From Octopus bimaculoides (Eukaryota), in contig NC_068982.1 in the NCBI RefSeq assembly GCF_001194135.2, positions 183,521,116 to 183,555,709 of the forward strand: a stretch of 34,594 nt of DNA. Direction: 5' to 3'. The notes below the pieces were generated by a model. It was not told the DNA's origin. It worked only from the letters and a program-made list of their open reading frames with translations, and ran no database searches. Below, piece by piece: positions 24,601 through 34,594 of this stretch (positions within the stretch are counted from its first letter, which is position 1; each line of letters starts with the position of its first letter). A program made the translations under genes and the position numbers.

Positions 24601-26205
24601 TTAACTTATTCTTTTAGATACAGTGTTTCTAGGACTACATTAATGAAAATGTATTTTAGACAATGTATCTTGGACTATTTTATATAAATGGTCTGCATGC
24701 TCAGTGTATCCAGGACTACAGTATCCAATGCGCCATTCAAGCACAGTATATCTAATCTGCTCCTCTCTTTTTGTTTAAGCGGTGAGATGTATTTTGAGTG
24801 GGATTTGGCTATTATTTCTAGGAGGTAGAGTGATGCCGAAGAAATTCTCTCCATAATGGTGGTGACGACGACGACGACGACGACGACGATGATGATGATG
24901 ATGATGATGATGGTGGTCATCATCATCATCGTCAACATCATTGTTGGTTGAAGGAAGGATCAAAGGAGATGAAAAGATATTGGACAAAGTCTCCATCATT
25001 GGATGAAGAGAGGAGTGGATTTTGGTGTTTAATCTTTTGTCGATAACAACAACAACAACGACGATAAGAAGAACAACAGCAACAACATTATCAACGGTGA
25101 CACCTCACCGATTGCTGTCAAGAGGCAAACGGATCGAGTTACAAAAGTATCTGAGGTGATAAAAATGTTTTTTTTTTTTCTCGAGAAAAACTAAACAAGG
25201 ATGAAACATTAGTAACTCCTCCTATTTTTCCACGTCACACACACATACTCACATTCANNNNNNNNNNNNNNNNNNNNNNNNNNNNNNNNNNNNNNNNNNN
25301 NNNNNNNNNNNNNNNNNNNNNNNNNNNNNNNNNNNNNNNNNNNNNNNNNNNNNNNNNNNNNNNNNNNNNNNNNNNNNNNNNNNNNNNNNNNNNNNNNNNN
25401 NNNNNNNNNNNNNNNNNNNNNNNNNNNNNNNNNNNNNNNNNNNNNNNNNNNNNNNNNNNNNNNNNNNNNNNNNNNNNNNNNNNNNNNNNNNNNNNNNNNN
25501 NNNNNNNNNNNNNNNNNNNNNNNNNNNNNNNNNNNNNNNNNNNNNNNNNNNNNNNNNNNNNNNNNNNNNNNNNNNNNNNNNNNNNNNNNNNNNNNNNNNN
25601 NNNNNNNNNNNNNNNNNNNNNNNNNNNNNNNNNNNNNNNNNNNNNNNNNNNNNNNNNNNNNNNNNNNNNNNNNNNNNNNNNNNNNNNNNNNNNNNNNNNN
25701 NNNNNNNNNNNNNNNNNNNNNNNNNNNNNNNNNNNNNNNNNNNNNNNNNNNNNNNNNNNNNNNNNNNNNNNNNNNNNNNNNNNNNNNNNNNNNNNNNNNN
25801 NNNNNNNNNNNNNNNNNNNNNNNNNNNNNNNNNNNNNNNNNNNNNNNNNNNNNNNNNNNNNNNNNNNNNNNNNNNNNNNNNNNNNNNNNNNNNNNNNNNN
25901 NNNNNNNNNNNNNNNNNNNNNNNNNNNNNNNNNNNNNNNNNNNNNNNNNNNNNNNNNNNNNNNNNNNNNNNNNNNNNNNNNNNNNNNNNNNNNNNNNNNN
26001 NNNNNNNNNNNNNNNNNNNNNNNNNNNNNNNNNNNNNNNNNNNNNNNNNNNNNNATATATATATATATATATATATACTCGCTTGCATACATATACGGAG
26101 ACAGTTACTTAGAGACAGAAATACTCACATACCCATACCTGTTTACTTATTCGTACACATAATCAAACAAGTAGACAAAGACGCTTGCACAGTCCCTCAA
26201 ACACA

Positions 26206-26352
26206 TTTCTGAGTTCAAATTTCGCCGAGGTCGACTTTGCCTTTCATCTTTTCGAAGTCGATAAATTAAGTACCAATTGCGTAATGGGGTCGAGCTAATC
26301 GACTGACCCTCTCCCAAAAAAATTCGGGCCTTGTGCCTAGAGTAGAAAAGAA
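26206..26352 (+). mobile_element. 5-prime-truncated Meta-like SINE with 13-bp TSD
   Basis: Starts at B-box tctgagttcaaat with core gaggtcgactttgcctttcatc. TSD tccctcaaacaca lies at 26193-26205 and 26353-26365. Confidence 0.88.
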
Positions 26353-26397
26353 TCCCTCAAACACACATATATAAAGAGACACCCATACATACTGATA

Positions 26398-27376
26398 TAC
26401 AGGATGCGGTGAATAAATTGTCGTCTGAATTACGCAAAAATGAAAATAACACTGACATTTCATTTTAACAGATGCATTTACTAACATTACATAAGAATAT
26501 CTTGAGATGCTAACGAGTAAATTTATTCAATAAAATCGCCATTGGCCTCAGCCACGACCTCCAGACGATTTCGGAATCTCCTGGAACTCTTCTGGACGGT
26601 TTCCTTGTTTAAAAGTTGGTGAATGCTGCCATAATCCTTGCCTTCAGTTCAACTTTGGTGTTACAAGGAGTTTTGTTAGTTTCTTGCTCAACTGCACCCC
26701 ACACATAATAATCAAGGGGGTTGCAGTGTGGGGAGTTAGGTGGCCAGATGTTAGGGGTGGTGTAGTGGCAGAAATTGTCTGACAGCTACGATTGTGTTCT
26801 CCCGATTATGTGGCACGGTGCAAAGTCTTGTTGCCAGATTTGGGGTCTTCCAGCAGCCACCCTTTTGACCCAGGGCAGCACTAACTCTTCCAGGCACTTG
26901 ATGTAGGCCTCCGTGTTGAGTCTGAGACTGTGTGGGAAGATGAATGGAGGCATAACGTCACCATCACTAGTGATCTCTCCAAACACCATGATGTTCACTG
27001 AATGTTTGATTTTTAACACTCTTGGTATATGTTTTGGGGACCTGGAAAGCTAACGGTTGTTCTGTGTGTTCCCCGTCTGATCCTAGCAGAAACTTTTCTC
27101 GTCTGAGAAAAAAACCAAAGCATGTTCAGTTGGAGGGGATGTTTGACTTTGTTCAGATGCTTCGTAGCGCGGTCTTTCCTCTTTCTTTGATAGCTTGGGA
27201 TAAAAATTGGCCCTTTCTCATCTTGTATGAGGAATACCGAATGTTTTCATGCACTACCTGCCTGAGAAGAAACTCAGGCACTAAGTGTCTCTGGTGATGG
27301 ACCTGATTGGCTTGGAGGGATCGTTGTCAATCATGGCCTGGATCTCGTCAACAAATTCAGTTCTTTTCCAATCAGA
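26398..27376 (-). mobile_element. Tc1/mariner DD37D (maT) transposon fossil
   Basis: Minus frames: WFFSDEK (D1), IMVFGEITSDG, IWQQDFAPCH (D2), WPPNSPHCNPLDYYVWG (D3, 37 residues after D2), ending EANGDFIE*. Terminus TA|CAGGATGCGG at 26398-26409. The 5-prime end lies in the gap. Several stops and frameshifts. Confidence 0.92.
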
Positions 27377-27919
27377 NNNNNNNNNNNNNNNNNNNNNNNN
27401 NNNNNNNNNNNNNNNNNNNNNNNNNNNNNNNNNNNNNNNNNNNNNNNNNNNNNNNNNNNNNNNNNNNNNNNNNNNNNNNNNNNNNNNNNNNNNNNNNNNN
27501 NNNNNNNNNNNNNNNNNNNNNNNNNNNNNNNNNNNNNNNNNNNNNNNNNNNNNNNNNNNNNNNNNNNNNNNNNNNNNNNNNNNNNNNNNNNNNNNNNNNN
27601 NNNNNNNNNNNNNNNNNNNNNNNNNNNNNNNNNNNNNNNNNNNNNNNNNNNNNNNNNNNNNNNNNNNNNNNNNNNNNNNNNNNNNNNNNNNNNNNNNNNN
27701 NNNNNNNNNNNNNNNNNNNNNNNNNNNNNNNNNNNNNNNNNNNNNNNNNNNNNNNNNNNNNNNNNNNNNNNNNNNNNNNNNNNNNNNNNNNNNNNNNNNN
27801 NNNNNNNNNNNNNNNNNNNNNNNNNNNNNNNNNNNNNNNNNNNNNNNNNNNNNNNNNNNNNGCGAGAGAGAGAGAGAGAGAGAGAGAGATGCACACATAT
27901 ATATACAGAAATAATGAAA

Positions 27920-28066
27920 AAAAACTTGCACTCCGTCGATTACGACAAGGGATTTCAGTTGATCCGATCAACGGAACAGCCCGGTCATGAAATTAACGTG
28001 CAAGTGGCTGACCACACCACAGACATGTGTACCCTTAACGTACTTCTCAACGAGATTCAGCATGAA
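27920..28066 (+). mobile_element. Probable cephalopod SINE body fragment
   Basis: cagttgatccgatcaacggaacagcc..gaaattaacgtgcaagtggctga..gtgtacccttaacgta resembles, from memory, a conserved domain of cephalopod SINEs. There is no second copy in the window. Confidence 0.4.
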
Positions 28067-28170
28067 TCAACTCCTCTCCCCTCTTTCTGAAAGAAATCGG
28101 CTGTACTCAGTCCTAGAGAAGCTAGAGAGTTTAAAATGCCCAAGAAAACTGCATGTCACGAAGACAAAAG

Positions 28171-28488
28171 TGTGACGGTCGGCCGGCGGTCGCCCCGCCG
28201 GTTGCCGCCGCGTACCCGCACAGTCGATCGGAGCGGCCGAATTCAGACCGACGCTTAAGCGGCGGAAGACGGTCGGGCGGTGGACCTCGCCGGCGAACCG
28301 CAGGTGTGATCGAAAGGCCGTCGTCTCGGCAGCGGTACCGACCGCGAGTGTGTGTGTCCGTGTGTTACGCACGCTAGGAGACGTTAGGACACGCAGCCGA
28401 GGCGCTCGACGGATGACCGGTAATTGAGTGCAGAAGACAAAATAAAGCATATATGTATTTTGTTTCTCTGTTCAAGCTCACGATATCA
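28171..28488 (+). other. GC/CpG-rich island, possible solo LTR
   Basis: Abrupt CpG-rich block starting TGTGACGG, with AATAAA at 28441 and a possible end ...GATATCA. No TSD was found. Confidence 0.3.
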
Positions 28489-28789
28489 TGTGACGTCAAG
28501 ACTTGATAAATTGATTTAAGCGAGAGAAAACTCCACATCAACTGCACTCCTGTCCAGATGTGATGTTATTCAGAACCAAGATGAAGTCAAGATGTTTGAA
28601 GGCAGGTCTAAATGTAATGGATAACCGAGACTTCTATTCCGTTCGTCTGTAACACTGGACTAGGCACTTTTCGTACCACTCGATCCAGTTCTTTAGGTTC
28701 TCTCAATCTGCCGGAATCAGTTACGTTATGTTAGGGTACACACGCCATAACACTTCAAAGATGGAGATCTAACGGCTACCCTCGCTTGG

Positions 28790-29660
28790 TTCAATCCACT
28801 TTGCAGAGCAGTTTCACTGAAGATAGCTGCTGTGCATGTTATAGCTTCTTGTTCCCACAGCTGAGAGCTGGATGCCAGGTGGATGACTTGTTCTCAAAGG
28901 AACACAAGTGCATCCACCAGAAGTGGAAAAGGAGTACTCGAGACCCTTTAAAGTCCCCGACATTGGTGGGGAAGAGAGGCGGTATTCAGTAAGCTCGAAT
29001 GTTAAAGCAAGCGGCGGTCAGATCTCGTTTACAAGACATTGGTTGATATGAGGTATCTCTCTTTAAGCAACGATACCTTCTCTTTAATGTTCCTGTTCTT
29101 TGTCTTGCTTTTCATGTCCGGTAGAATTGTTATCTGCTCATTTTCGATAACATCCACAGGTTTATATTCATACACTGTTTCTATCTGTTCTATATGGCGT
29201 TTTATACAATTGCCAGCGTATAAGTGACATAACTTTGCCGTGTCTTCATCTTTTATAATGTTCTTGTACCAAGTTCTTGCACTATGATTGTAAATGGTCT
29301 ACAACCTTTTCTCTTCCAACACAAAATTGTCATAATGGTAATAAATCTTTTTTTTTTATCTATGTCGTCTGATTGTTTGTGCTCTTATGGGGGCCGCCAT
29401 TGTAGTACCTTTGGTGGATTTCTTTCTATCTTCTTTCCTTTAGTGGCTGCTGCAAATGACTGGTATCCTTTCCAGGGGAAGAAATAGAGAGAAATTCCCT
29501 TCTCATATGTTCGACACTGCATCGTTTTCTATTAATCACCAGCTCTATGAGTCGTCTCCATGTGAGCCCCATGGAGTTATATAATGTCTGTTTGGTTTGG
29601 TGTACATGTTTACATTACATACTGGAATATTTCTTCACACGTGCAATCACGGGCATGTTG
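28790..29660 (-). pseudogene. Degenerate RLE-type LINE (R4/Dong-like) C-terminal region
   Basis: Minus frames: LHGAH.., KGTTMAAP (EGTIMAAQ-like), KVVDHLQS*CKNLVQEHYKR*RHGKV..IRWQL (zinc knuckle/RHD), YEYKPVDVIENEQITIL, PLLVDAL (PVVVGALG-like) and QEAITCTAAIF. Confidence 0.75.
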
Positions 29661-29716
29661 AATACAGTGTTCTTAAAGAAAAAATGCATGCATCGTCGTC
29701 GTCGTCGTCGTCATCG

Positions 29717-29759
<43 letters not shown>

Positions 29760-29846
29760 TTGGAAGTGTATTCGCAGCCAACCACATGCCTACTTGAGAT
29801 TTATGACCTCCGATATTAGAAACAGTGAATAATACATTCCTATTGC

Positions 29847-29897
<51 letters not shown>

Positions 29898-30114
29898 AAT
29901 ACATACTTACATACATGTATACACACGCGTGCACGCATACATATAAATGACATTATTTGTCAATATATATGCTAAGGAGCAACGTTTGTTGTTTTGAGAA
30001 TATTGCCATCAATTAAGCACATTAATTTATTTCCGTCCTTATAGCAAGAGCTTGCGACGGGAAGTTTCAATTCACTTAATATGCATGTACGTACGAGAAT
30101 CTTATCGAGAATCT

Positions 30115-30330
30115 TGGCTGCGAATAACTGGTATCCTCTCCAGGGGAAGAAATAGGGAAATTCTCTTCTCATATGTTCGACACTGCATCGTTTTCTATTA
30201 ATTACCAGCTCTATGAGTCGCCTCCATGTGAGCCCCATGGAGTTATATATGTCTGTTTGGTTTGGTGTACATGTTTACATTGCATGCTGGAATATTTCTT
30301 CACGTGCGCAATCACGGGTTTGCATGTTGC
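30115..30330 (-). repeat. Direct duplicate (about 215 bp) of 29447-29660
   Basis: Near-identical by eye (ccaggggaagaaatag..ctatgagtcg.ctccatgtgagccccatggag..gcaatcacggg), with a few small indels. Confidence 0.9.
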
Positions 30331-31012
30331 CTGTCCATGATTTCGTCCGTCAGTGTGTATGTGTGTGTGTATGTTTAATTACACACACACATACACACTG
30401 ATCCTGACAGACACACGGATACACATGAGGTGGGGATGAAGAGAGGGGTGGAAATAGAGTCAACTGTTTGTTTCAAACTGTTCCCTTTGATAATATTAAC
30501 AGGAAATTGTTTAGGTTTTAAAATTAATTGAATTTTATTAATAGGAAACTACAAAGTCACCCTCTTCCCGCCACCCACTTACCCATGCACACCCACATTA
30601 ATACACACACAAATACTCACACTCACCCACTCATTCTCACACACACACATTTACAAAAACGCACACACTTATGCGTACATATACGCTCACACTCACGTTC
30701 ACACACACACACACATTTGATATTCTTTTGTTTCATTTCTTCTAAAGATATTTCAGGCAAGTCGAATGTCCGTAGAGTGGAGGTGAGTGGCATGAACTGA
30801 CCAGTAGAGAAGTGGGACGTAGTGACCGGATAGAGAAAGAAAATGGGAAAAAATTAACCAGTAGAATGGTGGAAGATTTGACCAATAGGGAAAAAGTGGT
30901 GTGAATTGACCAGTAAAAAATTTAGGTTCGATTAATTAGTGGAAAAATAGGGCAAAGTGACCAATAGAAAGGGACGTGAATTGGCCAGTAGGAAGGAATA
31001 GTAAAAATATTT

Positions 31013-31710
31013 TTAGCCCGACAGTAATCCTCTATAGAACGCTAAAGTGGAACTTCCACCGACAATATTGCCCGACTGGCAGACGGCTGTGAGCAGCTGA
31101 AGAAAATGTAAGTGCCTGGTACCCAGTCTCAGCTTATGTTTGATCCAAGACTTCAGCTCTGTCAAAGAGAAGAACTGTGCAACTGCTTGTCTGACAAACG
31201 GTGACCGCACCTGCTCTCCATCCAGGAATTGCTAAGATATCGCAGTCTCAGCGCATGTTGTTTTGCACATCATCAGCTATGACATGCCCAGCCCTCCATT
31301 CAGTGGTGATTGACCACAAACGGAGTGTCTGACCAGTGGAATACATTCTTTCCGCAGAAAACTGAAGATCAGGTAAGACGTGAGTGGCGCAAGTTATGTT
31401 GGATAACATATGATGGCGTTTGCCACCGCCGCCCAACTTTTCAGGGAAAACCTTTTCGTTATGTCTTCCCAGTTCTTTTCTACTAGAGATCAAAACCGAG
31501 TCATTTAATGTGTCCGCCTGTCCAGTGTCCTCGACGCCAACGGACAGCAGTACCTGCCCCTCCAGGGTCCGAACTTCAAGACCACCGACTTTTCTTGGCT
31601 GATGTTTGCTCCTGCCATCGCCTCATTCCAATCACTTCAATGTCCCAAGTGTCCGAGAGTAATGTCGCCCGTGTATGCCTGCACGGATCTTCCGCATTCT
31701 AGTTCGCATT
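31013..31710 (-). pseudogene. Degenerate Tx1/L1-clade LINE ORF2 fragment (end of RT plus downstream)
   Basis: Minus frames: SVQAYTGDIT (YADD-like), AGANISQEKSVVLKFGPWRG, NGGLGM, HALRLRYL and GEQVRSPFVRQ..ELKSWIK..VGGSSTLAFYRGL. Confidence 0.8.
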
Positions 31711-31760
31711 CTAGTCTCCGGTTTCCACTGTCATTGGTCAGTACATACAGAAGAGACGAA

Positions 31761-31824
31761 AGAGCACTGGGCTGATGTAATTTACTAATTACCTACCTTA
31801 AAATTGCTGGCTAGTGCCAAAATT
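31761..31824 (+). mobile_element. Isolated 3-prime tail of the Meta-like SINE
   Basis: gagcactgggctgatgtaatttact..aaattgctggctagtgccaaaatttgaaac matches the tail of the 1756-1977 copy. Confidence 0.65.
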
Positions 31825-32700
31825 TGAAACTATTTCTCACTGTCCATAGCGTGTATATGACAGTTACCTGTCCGTAACGTGAATATAAAGGATATCTGAC
31901 CATAACATGGATATGAAGGACAATGTTTATAGTCTAAATATGAAGAATAGTAAACATCGCTTAAATATAGAGGACGTTGTCCACAGTTAGAATGTGAGGT
32001 AGGATGTCTGATGTTCCTTGCTGTGATTATTAGACTGTTAGGACTAATATAATTGATGTTTAGCTTGAATTTCAGTGAGTTGATGTTGTAGGGGAAAATG
32101 ACAAATAAGGTAGCGGCGGAATTTCATTTGGCAGTGGGTCTAAGACGGCGGCATTAAGAAATGTTTAGTACGGAGATTAGGAAGTGAATATGATGTAAAT
32201 TTTGAGAAAGAACGTAAGGGTCATGGGATGAGGGCAGTGAAGAGGTAACTGGAGAGACACCAATATAATAGGGAACTTCTTAATCGTTCGACCAGCTAGA
32301 AGCGCTACTCAAGTATCCCTCCAGCCTATTGAGAACTGGTGTGTATATATAAATGTATATATATATATATATATATTGCAAGTGAAAAATCCTGTACGCG
32401 ACGGAAAAAGAACCACACGCAAGATGACAGAAACTGTAACAAAATCCCCTTTTTTACTCTTTTCTTTTCCTATATTTTCTCTCTCTTAACTCAGTACGAG
32501 CGAAATTTTGCTGATCCAAATTTTTTTATTCTTCGCCGATCATTTTTGATATTATTGAATTTTTTAAACATTTAATCATTTAAATATGCTGATCCACATT
32601 TTTTATATTCTTCGCCGAAATTTTGTGAACATTTAATCATTTAAACATATTTTTTACTTCACAATTTAAAATTTTTAAAATCCCATTCGTTTATACCGTG

Positions 32701-33163
<463 letters not shown>

Positions 33164-33647
33164 CCACATATATATTCATATGTATGTGTATGCATTTGTA
33201 TGCATATATATATATGTATATATATATATATAAGGCAAATAAGAAAATGGAGAGGATAATCAATCCACAAACATCAGCTTGTAAACATTCATTTAGATCT
33301 ATTTTTTAATTTATTACAATCATATGTGTAAGTAATCAAAATATGCAAATGAAATAAGCAAATAAACAAGTAAATAGATAGATAAATAAAAATAAATAAA
33401 TGAGTGAAAAAATACCTTGCCTTATAAATTCTGGGTAAATTTCTGTTTTACCCCCACTCATACGTAGTATTCAATCGCGACACTCCCCTGCAATAGCTAG
33501 CACTTGGATATAAATACATAGGTATACATACAGTAGTATATTGGATATTTATTATCCCTTAGATGGCTGCTTAACCTGTAACTCATATAGACATATATAT
33601 ATATATATTCAGACACACACATATATACATATATATATATAAATATA

Positions 33648-33690
<43 letters not shown>

Positions 33691-34515
33691 CATGTTGGCA
33701 AAATAACATAGTCTGCCATAGACACCTGTGCTTTGGTTCTTTCTTTCTTTTTCTTTTCTTCCTTTTTTTTTGTCACTTTTGCTATGAATTAAATTAATGA
33801 ATTCAACGGGATACACCGTCTGCAAGTAGTTGGGTTCAGCATATTATCCTCCATTTTCTAATTGTTACACAAATTTTGGGTAAAACCTCCATTTTTACCC
33901 ACTCCCATTGATTGCACCTAGTATAGCACTAGTGTAGCAATAATTGGGTACCCTCCCAGCAGTATACTGAATAGATACTATCCCTTAGTGGGTTGAACCC
34001 CCAACCCCTAACTCTCTCACGTTATATATATATACATATATGCACAAACATATATACATATGTGCATGAGTGAATATGTATATATACAGTGTGTGTGTGT
34101 GTGTGTGTATAATATATACATATAAGTACACGGACGCGTGTGTGAATTTGTTATATGATTGTGTATGTATGTGACAGTGAATGCTTGAGAGAGCATACAG
34201 GACCGTGAACATTTCGATATTTTGCAGATTATATCATGAAATAAATCCAATTTACTATTAGTCCAGATAAACTTATATTTTTGTCTTGGTTAGTTGACAT
34301 TCGTGTCAAGAAAAAAGTGAAATGGATTTTGCACAAAATCATTTTTGCTTTTACATGAAAACATAGTAACAATGACTCCAAGATTGCCTTAGATTCAACG
34401 AGTCTTTCGCAATTAAGTCACTTTTTTCTCGTTACAAGTCATTTAAATCGACGTTTATATGTATATGTATGTATGTGACAGGTACATATGTACATATAAA
34501 TGTATGTGTGTGCAC

Positions 34516-34518
34516 ACA

Positions 34519-34594
<76 letters not shown>
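34516..34594. repeat. (CA)n microsatellite running to the window end
   Basis: Direct reading. Confidence 0.95.

Noticed and set aside
29447-30330. LTR pair of a small LTR element
   Set aside because: No TG..CA ends, PBS or PPT, and the repeat maps to LINE-like coding sequence.
32495-32645. About 85-bp local AT-rich direct duplication
   Set aside because: An ordinary two-copy tandem duplication with no further structure.

Overview
Eukaryotic, AT-rich, repeat-saturated DNA with 11 N-gaps. The extreme microsatellite density and the SINE types suggest a coleoid cephalopod, probably Octopus; this is inference from sequence style, not a database hit. No intact gene, rRNA, true tRNA or CRISPR array is visible. 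Almost all ORFs in the supplied track are artefacts of microsatellites or N-runs. The window is mostly transposon fossils: two inverted Penelope-like GIY-YIG fragments, a Tigger MITE, a jerky/Tigger transposase, a DD37D (maT) mariner, LINE remnants of four types (CR1/Jockey-like, RTE, R4/Dong-like, Tx1-like), tRNA-derived Meta-like and CORE SINEs (two with clear TSDs), and an 85-bp dimeric tandem array. The most unusual signal is at 169-238 (minus strand): all three hammerhead ribozyme core strands are present, but in an order that is not a circular permutation of types I-III. Three unidentified candidate exons and an isolated GC-rich block are also flagged.
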